A DNA stretch of 64,000 nucleotides from an uncultured Chloroflexia bacterium. Lineage in GTDB: Bacteria; Chloroflexota; Limnocylindria; Limnocylindrales; CSP1-4. The stretch covers positions 128,001-192,000 of the forward strand of contig CAVQJC010000002.1 of the NCBI GenBank assembly GCA_963712745.1. The letters run 5' to 3'. This document shows, one piece after another, positions 19,215-29,239 of the stretch; the stretch's first letter is position 1; every line of letters starts with the position of its first letter. The position numbers and the translations under genes are program-made. Under the pieces are notes generated by a model. The model made no database searches. It was not told where the DNA came from and saw only the letters and a program-made list of their open reading frames with translations.

Positions 19215-20663
19215 ATGACCGCCCAGCTCCCGCGACCCGGCCTGGCCGGCGTGGCCGCCGTCGAGATCAGCGCCGACACCATCTCGCCGGTGACGGCCGC
19301 GCTCCGTCTGCACGACCAGGACCGGCTCGCCTTCATCCTCGAGTCGGTGGAGGGCGGTGCCCGCTACGGACGCTACTCCATGGTCGGCGTGCGCGGCCGC
19401 ATCCTCGCCGTCGAGGGTGACGAGGCCATCGTGCGCAGCCACGACTACGCCGAGCTCGATCGGTTCCCTGCGAGCGATCCGCTCGAGGCCCTGCGTCGGA
19501 TGCTGCCGGACGCGCCGCCCCAAGGCGAGCTTCCGGTCTCGCTCGCTTCGGGTGTCGGCTATCTCTCGTACGAGGCGGCGGCTCGCTGGGAGAAGCTGCC
19601 GGTGCCGGAGGCCGATCCCATCGGCCTGCCGCTGGCGCTCTTCCACCTGCCCGACGTGCTCGTCGTCTTCGACCACCTCGCGCAGACCGCCACGCTCGCG
19701 ACCATCGACGGGCCTGGAGCCCTCGACCGCCTGGCTGATGCACGAACGATGCTGGCCCGACCGTCGAGGATCGAGGGCGCTGTGCCCATCCCGACCGAGG
19801 CCGCGCGGCACACCCCACCGGCGGCCGATGGCCGCTACGAAGCCGGCGTCGCCAGCCTCGTGCACGACATCCGCGCGGGCGAGATGCTGCAGGCGGTGCT
19901 GGCACGGCGCTTCAGCCTGCCCTGCTCGGTGGGGCCCCTCGAGATCTACCGCTCGCTGCGACGCATCAATCCATCGCCGCACCTCTTCGCCATCGACCTT
20001 GGGCCACGGCGCTCGGTGCTGGGTGCCTCACCGGAGCTGCTCGTGCGCGTCCGCGACGGAGTGGTGTCCACGCGACCCATCGCCGGCACACGGCCCCGCT
20101 CGGTCGACCCGGTCGCCGATGCGGCGCTGGAGGCGGACCTGCTGGCTGACCAGAAGGAGCTGGCCGAACACGCGATGCTCGTGGACCTCGCGCGCAACGA
20201 CGTGGGGCGGGTGGCCGTGCCTGGGAGCGTACGTGTACCGGCGCTCCATTCAATCGAACGCTACTCGCACGTCATGCACATCGTGTCGGAAGTGGAGGGC
20301 GAGCTGCGCGGCGACCGCGATGCCTTCGACGCTGTGCGCTCGGTGTTCCCAGCGGGCACGCTCAGCGGCGCGCCCAAGGTGCGTGCCATGCAGGCCATCG
20401 CAGAGCTGGAGAACGAGCAACGCGGCCCCTACGGTGGCGCCGTGGGCTTCTTTGCCCCCGACGATGTGGAGGCCGCCATCACCATCCGGGCGATGGTGCT
20501 CAAGGACGGTACCGCCTATGTCCAGGCCGGGGCCGGCATCGTGGCCGACTCGGTGCCGGAACGCGAGTCCGCGGAAGTGGCGGCCAAGGCCGGGGCCATC
20601 CTGAGTGCCCTCGCCGAGGCCGAAGCCATCTACGGGATCAACGGATCGGAGAGCGTGCGATGA
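19215..20663 (+). CDS. trpE: Anthranilate synthase component I
   Basis: ILES..GRYS, ASPE, PIAGT (anthranilate synthase type), EHAMLVDLARND, FPAGTLSGAPK, RGPYGGAVG, QAGAGIV. Confidence 0.88.
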   Translation: MTAQLPRPGLAGVAAVEISADTISPVTAALRLHDQDRLAFILESVEGGARYGRYSMVGVRGRILAVEGDEAIVRSHDYAELDRFPASDPLEALRRMLPDAPPQGELPVSLASGVGYLSYEAAARWEKLPVPEADPIGLPLALFHLPDVLVVFDHLAQTATLATIDGPGALDRLADARTMLARPSRIEGAVPIPTEAARHTPPAADGRYEAGVASLVHDIRAGEMLQAVLARRFSLPCSVGPLEIYRSLRRINPSPHLFAIDLGPRRSVLGASPELLVRVRDGVVSTRPIAGTRPRSVDPVADAALEADLLADQKELAEHAMLVDLARNDVGRVAVPGSVRVPALHSIERYSHVMHIVSEVEGELRGDRDAFDAVRSVFPAGTLSGAPKVRAMQAIAELENEQRGPYGGAVGFFAPDDVEAAITIRAMVLKDGTAYVQAGAGIVADSVPERESAEVAAKAGAILSALAEAEAIYGINGSESVR

Positions 20664-21283
20664 CCACCGCCACGACAGACCTGCCGGGCGCCGGCCGACG
20701 GATCCTGCTGCTCGACAACTACGACAGCTTCACCTACAACCTGTACCAGTATCTGTGTCAGCTGGGCGCGGACGTGGAAGTGGCACGCAACGACGAGATC
20801 TCGGTCGCGGAGATCGCGGCCAAGGTTCCGGATGGCATCGTCATCAGCCCGGGCCCCTCGCGGCCGGAGAACGCCGGCATCTCGCTCGACGTCATCCGCC
20901 ACTTCGGGCCGACCACGCCGGTACTCGGGGTCTGCCTGGGCCACCAGTCGATCGGGCTGGTCTACGGCGGCGAAGTGGTCACCGTGGAGCCGGTGCACGG
21001 CAAGAAGTCGGCCGTCGACCATCGCGGGCAGGGGATCTTCGAGGGGTTGCCCACGCCGCTCGAGGCCGGACGCTACCACTCGCTGGCAGTGGCTCGCAAT
21101 TCTGTGCCGGAAGTCCTGGAGGTGACCGCTACCAGTCCCGACGGGCTGGTGATGGGGCTGCGGCATCGCGAGCACCCGGTCGAGGGCATCCAATTCCACC
21201 CCGAGTCGATCCTCACCGAGTTCGGCATGACCATGCTTGGCAACTGGCTGCGCTCGCTGCCGGCGGCGCACGCGCATCGCTGA
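20660..21283 (+). CDS. trpG: Anthranilate synthase component II (glutamine amidotransferase)
   Basis: DNYDSFTYN, SPGP, GVCLGHQ, RYHSL, QFHPES. Confidence 0.92.
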   Translation: MTTATTDLPGAGRRILLLDNYDSFTYNLYQYLCQLGADVEVARNDEISVAEIAAKVPDGIVISPGPSRPENAGISLDVIRHFGPTTPVLGVCLGHQSIGLVYGGEVVTVEPVHGKKSAVDHRGQGIFEGLPTPLEAGRYHSLAVARNSVPEVLEVTATSPDGLVMGLRHREHPVEGIQFHPESILTEFGMTMLGNWLRSLPAAHAHR

Positions 21284-21289
21284 TCTTGC

Positions 21290-22276
21290 TCAGGTCGCCG
21301 TCGACGGCATCCGGATCCACGTCTTGCCGGGCGCGTCCGCGCTCGACAGGAATGCCGCCTGTGCCTCGGCGAAGGGGTACTCGCTGCTGATGACGCGTCC
21401 GGGTGAGACCGAACCGGCATCCAGCAGGGAGGTGGTCCAGCGGAAGTCGCCGGGGTGGTCGTACGTCAACGATCCGCGCAGCACGAGCTGACGGCGGACA
21501 AGGGTCTCCGCGTTCAACTCGAACTGCCGCTTCTCCAGGCCGAGCTCCACGATGGTGGCACCGACCTCGCTGCGGCGCACCGCCTCGGCCAGCGCCTCGG
21601 GTACGCCGGTCGTGTCAACCACCAGGCCGAACTGTCGTTCGTCGTCGGGGTCCAGCTCGGTCACCCCGAGGGACCCGCCCGCGAACGCGACTCGTTCGGC
21701 GTTCGGATCGCTGACCTGGACGCGGACCCCGCGCCGCTGCAGGGCCAGGCTCATGAGCAGGCCTTGTGCGCCGACGCCCAGGACGAGGCTCTCCTGTGGC
21801 AGCTGACCTGGCAGGCGCCGGAGCGCCGTCTCGACCACGGTCAGCGGCTCGACGCAGACCAGATCCTGCGGCTCGGCAGGATCGACGGGCCACGCCCGGC
21901 TGGCCGGCACCACGACCAGCTCCGCCAGGGCCCCGGGCCAATTCATGCCGACCGAACGCCGTCGCCGGCATCCCGACGTCTGACCGCGGCGGCACTCCGC
22001 GCAATCGCCGCAGGCCACGTTCGGCTCGATGACCACCAGCTGTCCCTGGCGGCTGGGCTCGACGTCCCTTCCGACCGCCTCGATCGTGCCGAAGGCCTCG
22101 TGTCCCATGATCCAGGGGTAGTCGGGTGCCGTCCATTTGCCATGGAACACGCTCAGGTCGGACCCGCACAGTCCGACGCCGCCGACGGCGATGCGCACCT
22201 CGTCGGGCGCGACGTCGGGTACCGGCACGTCGTCGACGACGATACGACCGGGCTCGACCAGCAAAGCAGCTAACAC
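21290..22276 (-). CDS. Zinc-dependent (MDR) alcohol/polyol dehydrogenase
   Basis: GLCGSD, GHE, CGDCAECRRG..C, GVGAQG; GTG start overlaps upstream stop. Confidence 0.9.
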   Translation of the reverse strand: MLAALLVEPGRIVVDDVPVPDVAPDEVRIAVGGVGLCGSDLSVFHGKWTAPDYPWIMGHEAFGTIEAVGRDVEPSRQGQLVVIEPNVACGDCAECRRGQTSGCRRRRSVGMNWPGALAELVVVPASRAWPVDPAEPQDLVCVEPLTVVETALRRLPGQLPQESLVLGVGAQGLLMSLALQRRGVRVQVSDPNAERVAFAGGSLGVTELDPDDERQFGLVVDTTGVPEALAEAVRRSEVGATIVELGLEKRQFELNAETLVRRQLVLRGSLTYDHPGDFRWTTSLLDAGSVSPGRVISSEYPFAEAQAAFLSSADAPGKTWIRMPSTAT

Positions 22277-23334
22277 GTCACGTCCTCCCCGATGCGCGTG
22301 GGCTCCGTCCGGCCCACCGATTCCTTCGCCGGCTCCAGCAATCGGCTGGGGTTCAAGACCAACATACGGTCGAGGTCCATCCGTGACACGCCTCGCTCCA
22401 GGAGGGCCGGCAGGACCCGTCGAAACAGGTGTGCCATGTCCCAGTGCGGGGCATGCGCCGCTCGCCACGACGGCGGCGTCACATAGCTGAAGCATGCCGC
22501 GTCGTGAGAGAGGACCATCCGGTCGGCATAGCCCAGACCCGCCAGCGCCACCACGGTCGCGATGCGGGCATCGTCGCCCATCACGTGCTCCATGCCGAAG
22601 CGGTCCAAGCCGATGGTCGATCCGTTGTCCATGATGGCGCGCAAGTAGTCAAGGTCGTCGGTGTCCCCCGAATGCCCGATGATGATCCGGTCGGGGGACA
22701 CGCCCCGCGCGACGAGGAAGGACTGTTGACCGAGCCCGTTGCGCTGGCGGGCTTCCGAGTGGGTCGTGATCGGGACGCCCGTCTGTTGGTGTGCGATGGC
22801 GGCGGCAGACAGGACCCGCTCCTCGGCCGCGCTCAACACGGCGCCTGCCGACATCACCTTGATCATGCCTGCCCTGATCGTCGTGCCCCCGATGCCCTCC
22901 TCGATATCGCGCACGAATAGCTCGGTGAGCGGATCCGGCTCGTCGATCAGGCGACCCGGCCCACGGAACTCGAAGTAGAGCGGCACCCCGGCCGCGCTGT
23001 AGAGACCGGTCGAGGCGATGAGGTTGATGGCCACGCGATCAGCGACCTCCGCGACGAGGCTGACGTCCCGGCCAAGACCGACCACGGTCAGGTCGACCAC
23101 CGTCCGGACTCCGAGCCCGTGCAACGCGCTCAGCTGACGGACGGCCAGGTCGACGGCCTGGGACTCGTTCCAGCCGAGTGCGGGCATGTTGCGCTCGAGC
23201 TCCTGGTGACGCACGAAGATGTGCTCGTGGATGAGCGTGACCCCGAGCTCCCCCGCGTCCACCTCCCCGCGGAACGTGGAGACGCCACGCTGCCTCGCGC
23301 CGCCAGGCCATTCCCCGGGCGTTGCCTCTGTCAC
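22270..23334 (-). CDS. Phosphotriesterase-like lactonase family amidohydrolase
   Basis: TLIHEH, DLTVVGLGRD, MIKV, ITTH, IGH, DRFG, LSHD: metal ligands intact. Confidence 0.9.
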   Translation of the reverse strand: MTEATPGEWPGGARQRGVSTFRGEVDAGELGVTLIHEHIFVRHQELERNMPALGWNESQAVDLAVRQLSALHGLGVRTVVDLTVVGLGRDVSLVAEVADRVAINLIASTGLYSAAGVPLYFEFRGPGRLIDEPDPLTELFVRDIEEGIGGTTIRAGMIKVMSAGAVLSAAEERVLSAAAIAHQQTGVPITTHSEARQRNGLGQQSFLVARGVSPDRIIIGHSGDTDDLDYLRAIMDNGSTIGLDRFGMEHVMGDDARIATVVALAGLGYADRMVLSHDAACFSYVTPPSWRAAHAPHWDMAHLFRRVLPALLERGVSRMDLDRMLVLNPSRLLEPAKESVGRTEPTRIGEDVTC

Positions 23335-24593
23335 GGGCGGGAGTCCCTGGGTAGCGCGCTCGCGGGTGCGGCGACCGACGGCTCGGCGGTCTGAGCCTCA
23401 GCTCGCTGATCGACTCCCAGACGGGCAAGCACGGACGCGGTGTCTGCGCCCAGCGGAGGTGCCAGCGGCGGCACGTGGCCCGGCGTCCGGGAGAGCTTCG
23501 GCGTGATCCCGGGCACGAGCAGCGGTCGCTCCAGCCGTGCGTCCTCGACGGCGACGATCATCCCGCGGGCGTTGAACTGGGGATCGGCGACGATATCGGC
23601 GATGCTGTTGATCCGGCTTACCGGGATCCGCAGGGATCGGAGGGTAGCGACCACGTCCTCCGAAGGACGCGAGCGCGTCCACGACGCGATTGCCTCGTCT
23701 AGCTCCACGGATCGCCGGACCCGCCCGCGTTCGGTGCCGAGCTCCTCGTCCACTACGTAGTCGTCGCGCCCGATGGCCCTGAACAGCGCCCGGGAGAGCC
23801 GCGTGGTGTTGGCAGCGATGCACACCACGGCGCCGTCGGCACAAGGGTAGGCATTGGTCGGCGCCGAGTTGTGCGCGATGTTGCCGGTCCGTCGACGCAC
23901 GACCCCGAAGTAGCCGTACTCCGGCAGGATGGCCTCGAGCATCGAGAAGAGCGACTCGGTGAGCGCGACGTCTACGATCTGCCCCAGGCCGGAGCGCTCC
24001 CGCTCATGGAGGGCGGTGAGCGCACCGACCAGCGCGTGCAGTGAAGCGATGGAGTCGCCCAGGCTCAACCCCACGCGAGTCGGCGGTCCGTCGGGCTCAC
24101 CGGTGAGGTAGCGCAACCCCCCAGCCGCCTCTGCGATGGTGCCGAAACCGGGCTGATCGGACATCGGCCCGTCCTGCCCGTAGCCGGAGATCCGGACCAC
24201 GATGAGCCTTGGGTTCGTCTCCAGAAGATGCTTGGGGTCAAGGTTCCAGGCCTCGAGGCGTCCCGGGCGGAAGTTCTCGATGAGCACGTCGCTCTCGGCA
24301 GCGAGCCGTCGCACGAGTCGCTGGTCCTCCGGCTGGCGGAGGTCGGCGGCGACCGACCGCTTGCCACGCGACTGGACCAGATGCCACAGCGACTCCGCGT
24401 CCTTCAGTCCACGACCCCACCTGCGCAACGGATCGCCCGACGGCGGCAGCTCGATCTTGATGACCTCGGCCCCGAAGTCGGCGAACAGTCGTCCGGCGAA
24501 CGGCCCGGCGATGAGCGTGCCCAGCTCCAGCACGCGGAGGTCCGAAAGCGGACCGGGCGGCCCAAGCGGCCGAGGTTCCGTATGGTTGGACAT
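23331..24593 (-). CDS. Class III CoA-transferase (CaiB/BaiF family)
   Basis: LRVLELG..IAGP, DFGAEVIKIE..GDPLR, ENFRPG, SGYGQDGP, LGDS, GQIVDVAL. Confidence 0.94.
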   Translation of the reverse strand: MSNHTEPRPLGPPGPLSDLRVLELGTLIAGPFAGRLFADFGAEVIKIELPPSGDPLRRWGRGLKDAESLWHLVQSRGKRSVAADLRQPEDQRLVRRLAAESDVLIENFRPGRLEAWNLDPKHLLETNPRLIVVRISGYGQDGPMSDQPGFGTIAEAAGGLRYLTGEPDGPPTRVGLSLGDSIASLHALVGALTALHERERSGLGQIVDVALTESLFSMLEAILPEYGYFGVVRRRTGNIAHNSAPTNAYPCADGAVVCIAANTTRLSRALFRAIGRDDYVVDEELGTERGRVRRSVELDEAIASWTRSRPSEDVVATLRSLRIPVSRINSIADIVADPQFNARGMIVAVEDARLERPLLVPGITPKLSRTPGHVPPLAPPLGADTASVLARLGVDQRAEAQTAEPSVAAPASALPRDSRP

Positions 24594-24611
24594 GGACCCA
24601 CGTTATTGGAC
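24575..24611. promoter_or_regulatory. Pair of putative IclR boxes over the CoA-transferase promoter and start codon
   Basis: Minus strand GTCCAACCATACGGAAC (24575-91) and GTCCAATAACGTGGGTC (24595-611), 20-bp period. Confidence 0.6.
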
Positions 24612-24783
24612 GAGCGTGACCGGGTCAAGGCGGCCGTCCGCGGCCGGCGATGCTCCCCGAGCCTGGTATGGCAAGACGCTCGGTCGAGCCGCCAGGTTCG
24701 CGATCGGGCATCGATGCCGCAGGATCGAAGTCAAACGACGGCGACCGGATGGCCCAGCACTTCAGGGCCTTCGAAGAAACCGC

Positions 24784-24836
24784 TTGACCAGCGCCGTGTG
24801 TTCCGTAACATAGGCCGGTGTCCAACGTTGTGGAAC
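24784..24836 (+). promoter_or_regulatory. TRAP operon promoter with paired putative IclR boxes
   Basis: TTGACC-16-TAACAT; boxes GTTCCGTAACATAGGCC (24800-16) and GTCCAACGTTGTGGAAC (24820-36). Confidence 0.62.
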
Positions 24837-24876
24837 GATTGGGCCGGCCATAGATGGACCTAGGAGGATGTGGGAC

Positions 24877-25875
24877 ATGAATGCACGGATCCGGGCACTC
24901 GCCACCGGGATGGCGACGATGGCGCTGGTCGCCGCATATGCGCCGACGGCGGTCGGGCAGGATGCGGTCGAGTTGACCCTCGCCCATAGCTACCAGGACG
25001 CACAGCCGCAGGCGGCCTGTGGCGCGCAGGTCATCGCGGACGACGTGGCGGCAGCGGACGTCGGTCTGAACGTCGAGATCTTCGGCGCCAGCCAGCTCGG
25101 TGGCGACGCAGACCGCATCGCATCGGTCGCAGCCGGCGACATCGACATGGATATCCAGGGCGCGTCCGCCCTCAGCGCGGTCTACGCGCCGATGGGTACC
25201 GTCGACGGCGCCTTCGTCTTCGACGACTACGAGCATCTCAAGCGATTCTTCAAGGACCCGGCGTCCCAGCCGCTCAAGGATGGCTTCCTCGAGGCCTCGG
25301 GCGTTCGTGTCCTCGGTGCCTGGGCTGCCGGCGCTCGCCAGTTCACCGCCAACAAGCCGATCCGCACACCGGAGGATCTGGAGGGCCTGCGCATGCGCTT
25401 CCCGCCGTCCCCGCAGTTCGTGATGAACGCGGAGGCGATGGGCGCCATCCCGACCACGGTCGCCTACGAGGAGCTCTATCTCGCGCTCTCGCAAGGCACG
25501 GTCGACGGACAGGAGAATCCGGTCGTCAACATCGCATCGATCAACCTCGATGAGGTGCAGGACGTCATCAGCCTGTCGAGCCACCAGATGAGCTCGAACC
25601 TCGTCGTCATCAACGAGGAGAAGTGGCAGTCGCTCAGTGAGGAGCAGCAGACGGCCCTTCAGGCCGCCGTCGAAGACGCCATGGACCAGGTCCCCGAGTG
25701 TGACGCCGAGTTCACCGAGATGCAGCTGAACGAGTGGCGCGAGAGCGGCGACATGCAAGTCGTCGAAGACGTCGATCGCGAGGCCTTCCGGGCCAAGGCG
25801 GAGCCCTACCTCCGCGAGCACTTCAGCCCCGAGCAGGTCGTGGTGCTTGACGCCATCCGCTCGGTCGCGGAATAG
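24877..25875 (+). CDS. dctP: TRAP transporter substrate-binding protein
   Basis: Signal peptide; SQLGGD, GARQFT..KPIRTPEDLEGLRMR, ELYLALSQGTVDGQENP. Confidence 0.94.
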   Translation: MNARIRALATGMATMALVAAYAPTAVGQDAVELTLAHSYQDAQPQAACGAQVIADDVAAADVGLNVEIFGASQLGGDADRIASVAAGDIDMDIQGASALSAVYAPMGTVDGAFVFDDYEHLKRFFKDPASQPLKDGFLEASGVRVLGAWAAGARQFTANKPIRTPEDLEGLRMRFPPSPQFVMNAEAMGAIPTTVAYEELYLALSQGTVDGQENPVVNIASINLDEVQDVISLSSHQMSSNLVVINEEKWQSLSEEQQTALQAAVEDAMDQVPECDAEFTEMQLNEWRESGDMQVVEDVDREAFRAKAEPYLREHFSPEQVVVLDAIRSVAE

Positions 25876-25926
25876 TCTCTCGCTGACGTATCGCCCCGGC
25901 GTAGGCTAGTGGCCGGGGCGCTCTGT

Positions 25927-25962
25927 GCACAAGGCCTCGCGAAGGTTCGCGAGGCCTTGTGC
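25927..25962 (+). other. Strong intercistronic hairpin after dctP (mRNA stabiliser or partial terminator)
   Basis: Perfect 17-bp inverted repeat GCACAAGGCCTCGCGAA / TTCGCGAGGCCTTGTGC. Confidence 0.7.
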
Positions 25963-25982
25963 GATACGGTGAGGAGGGCAGG

Positions 25983-26612
25983 ATGAGCGTGGGCGGCGAG
26001 CAGCCCGTGAGTGGCAGCGTGCCACCGACGGACCCGCCGGCCGAGCCGGACGAGACGCCGGCCGCCGAGCCGACGCTGGGCGGCGAAGTTGGTGCCGAGC
26101 TCCTGCCGGAACGAGGTCCGCTCCGAACGTTCCTCAAGACCGTGGGCGTGATCGAGCAGGCTGTCGGGACGTCGCTCATCTTCGTCATCCTCGTGCTCGT
26201 CCTGGTCCAGGTCGCTGGACGCTATCTGCCCTCGTTCGCCGGCTGGCCAGGGACTGGCGAGATCGCCCGCCTCTCGCTGGTCTGGTGCACGTTCATCCTT
26301 TCCGGCTACCTCATGGCGCAGGATCGGCACATCACCATCAGGGCCATCGACTTCGTCGTCAGCGGGCGTGCCCTTGATGCCCTCAAGCTCATGGTCCACG
26401 TAGTGGTAGCCGTTACCTGCATCGCCATGGCGTACGCCACGTATCGGCTCATCGCCGATGACATCGGCCAGCGGACACCTGAGGCGAATCTGCCGCTTGC
26501 CTGGGTCTACCTGGTGCCGTTCGTCGGCTTCGTGCTCACGGCCCTCCGCGCCGGGTTGGCCATCGGCCTGGTCGACGTCCCGGGGCTGGCTGGCCGGAGG
26601 AAGTCGCCGTGA
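25983..26612 (+). CDS. dctQ: TRAP transporter small permease
   Basis: QVAGRY, EIARLSLVW, HI.I motif, four TM segments. Confidence 0.9.
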   Translation: MSVGGEQPVSGSVPPTDPPAEPDETPAAEPTLGGEVGAELLPERGPLRTFLKTVGVIEQAVGTSLIFVILVLVLVQVAGRYLPSFAGWPGTGEIARLSLVWCTFILSGYLMAQDRHITIRAIDFVVSGRALDALKLMVHVVVAVTCIAMAYATYRLIADDIGQRTPEANLPLAWVYLVPFVGFVLTALRAGLAIGLVDVPGLAGRRKSP

Positions 26613-27885
26613 GCCTGCTCTTGATGCTGGTGCTCATCGTGGCGCTCTTCCTGTTGCGTGTGCCGATGGCCTTCGCCATCCTGGGACCGTGCCTTGCCTA
26701 CCTCGTCATCGAGGGCTACTCGCTCGGGCTGGCGGTGAGGCTCGTCATCGACGGCATCGACAGCTGGCCGCTACTGGCCGTCCCCCTGTTCATCCTCGTA
26801 GGAGTCACCGCGACCCGGACCGAGACCGCCGACCGCCTGTACGACGCGGCGCTGGCGCTGCTCGGGCCCCTTCGGGCCGGACTCGCCTACGTCAATATCG
26901 GGGTCAGCCTGGGGTTCTCGTGGATGAGTGGGGCGGCCCTCGCGGATGCCGCGGGCATCGGCTCGATCGCCGTCGTCCAGATGAAGCGAAAGGGCTACCC
27001 GGAAGGCTTCTCCGTGGGGCTCAGCGGGAGCTCCGCCCTGATCAGCCCGATCATGCCCCCCAGCATCCCCGCCGTGATCTACGCGTCGGTCGCGGCCGTG
27101 TCGACGGGCGCGCTCTTCATCGCCGCCATCGTCCCGGCCATCCTGATGACGCTCACCCTGGCCGCCACCGTCTACCTGTGGGCACGCCGCCGGCCCCAGT
27201 TCGTCGGCGAGCGCCACGACTGGAGCAATGTCCGACGCACCGGCCTCCGCGCGCTGCCGCCGATGGGCGCACCCGTACTGATCCTCGGAGGATCCTCGGC
27301 GGCTTCTTCACGCCGACCGAGGCAGCGGCAGTGGGCGCCATCTACATGTTGGGCCTGGCTCTCACCTACCGGTCCGTTAGCCGCCGCGAGTACGTGCTCA
27401 TCTTCCGCGACACATCGCTGGTCAGCGCACAGATCATGCTGATCATCGGGGCATCCTCGTTGCTGAGCTGGATCCTGGCCAGGGAGCAGGTCCCGCAGAC
27501 CATCGCCGAGGCGCTCCCCGGGCTCACCGACCAACCCGCAGTCTTCCTCTTGATCATCATCGTCGTGCTCATCGGGCTGGGCATGATCCTGGAACCGACC
27601 TCGGCGTTGCTGATCGTCACGCCCATCCTGCTGCCGGTCGCCATCGAGTACGGGATCGATCCGCTGCAGTTCGGGTCGATCGTCATCCTCTGCCTCATGA
27701 TCGGCCTGCTGACGCCACCGATGGGTGGCGTCTGCTTCGTTCTCAGCTCGGTGACCGGCATCCCGCTGGAGCGCGTCTTCCGGGGCGTGGTGCCATTCTT
27801 CCCCGCCCTGGCCGTCACACTGCTCCTGGTGGCGTACGTCCCGGCAGTCACCCTCTGGTTGCCCGGCCTGCTGGGCATGCTGTGA
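26609..27885 (+). CDS. dctM: TRAP transporter large permease; frameshift at ~27290
   Basis: LLAVPLFIL, SGAALADAA, IMPPSIP, then FTPTEAAA, TPPMG in the second frame. Confidence 0.92.
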
Positions 27886-28120
27886 CAGCCGGTAGGTCGG
27901 AGGTGACACGGCCACGGCCCTGACTGGCGGATCGCGTCGCGGACGTGCTCGGCCCGACGCCGTCACATCTCACCCGGACAAGCGTGAGATCGGCCCTCCT
28001 GTCTGCCCGGTCCGTCTAGGATGAGCCGAATGGAGACCACGTTGGGAGCGGTGGGCGGACGTCGGCGAGATCTCGATCCAAGGCCTCGCGCTCTGGGCCT
28101 GCCCGATCCGGAGGGGCAAG

Positions 28121-29158
28121 ATGAGTGAGCTCCGTATCGCGGTGGTCGGCGCCGGCCTCATCGGGCGGCAGCACATCCTGCGCGTCGATAGCGAGCCGGG
28201 CGCTGCCCTCGCGGCGGTCGTCGATCCGGCAGAGGCGGCCAGGGAGCTCGCGGGGGCACTCGGGACCGAGTGGTTTCCCGATCTGGCCGCGATGTTGCAG
28301 GGCGAGCGGCCGGACGCGGTGATCATCGCCACCCCGAACCAGCTGCACGTGGCCCAGGGCCTCGAGGCAGTCGCCGCAGGGCTGCCCATGCTGCTCGAGA
28401 AACCGCTGGCTGAGGATGTCGCGTCGGGGCGGCGGCTGGTCGAGGCTGCCGAAGCCGCCGATGTGCCGCTGCTGGTGGGCCACCACCGACGGCACAACCC
28501 CCTGGTCCAGCAAGCGAAGGAGATCATCGCCTCGGGGCGGCTCGGTCGGATCGCGACCGTCAACGCGCTGGCCTGGTTCTTCAAGCCGGACGACTACTTC
28601 GACGTCGCCTGGCGGCACGAGCCGGGCGGCGGACCGATCCTCATCAACCTCATCCACGTCGTCGACGATCTGCGCAACCTCTGCGGGGAGATCGACGAGG
28701 TCCAGGCCGTCGAGTCCAACGCCATGCGGCTCTATCCGGTCGAGGACACGGCCGCGGCGCTCTTCAGGTTCGAGAACGGTGCCCTCGGGACGATCTCGGT
28801 CTCGGACACCGTAGTCGCGCCGTGGAGCTGGGAGCTGACCACGGGCGAGAACCCGGCGTTCCCCGAGACCGCCGAGTCCTGCTACTTGATCGGCGGCACC
28901 GAGGGTTCGTTGAGCTTCCCCAGCCTGGACGTGTGGCTCTACCAGGGCGAGAGGAGCTGGCAGGCGCCGATCGATCGCCGGGCGCAGTCGGTTGCCCCGA
29001 GGGAGGACACGCTGGCCCTGCAGCTGCGTCACTTCTGCCGCGTCGTACGGGGCCACGAGCCGCCGCTGGTCGATGGCAATGAGGCGCTGCGGACCCTTGA
29101 AGTGAGCCTCGCGGTCAAGGCCGCCGCGACGGGCGGTGGAGCGGTCAGGCAGGGCTGA
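28121..29158 (+). CDS. Gfo/Idh/MocA family oxidoreductase
   Basis: VGAGLIG, ATPNQLH, LEKP, GHHRRH, INLIHVVD. Confidence 0.92.
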   Translation: MSELRIAVVGAGLIGRQHILRVDSEPGAALAAVVDPAEAARELAGALGTEWFPDLAAMLQGERPDAVIIATPNQLHVAQGLEAVAAGLPMLLEKPLAEDVASGRRLVEAAEAADVPLLVGHHRRHNPLVQQAKEIIASGRLGRIATVNALAWFFKPDDYFDVAWRHEPGGGPILINLIHVVDDLRNLCGEIDEVQAVESNAMRLYPVEDTAAALFRFENGALGTISVSDTVVAPWSWELTTGENPAFPETAESCYLIGGTEGSLSFPSLDVWLYQGERSWQAPIDRRAQSVAPREDTLALQLRHFCRVVRGHEPPLVDGNEALRTLEVSLAVKAAATGGGAVRQG

Positions 29159-29239
29159 GTGGTCCCAGAACTCGGGCGGCTGGGGAGGTTGCCGTACCCT
29201 TGCGACCCGACGGTCGTCACCAGCGGGCCCTGGTGGTTC

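Noticed and set aside
19215-20663. PabB (ADC synthase) assignment
   Set aside because: Has PIAGT rather than the PabB-type PIKGT; TrpE preferred, though not proven
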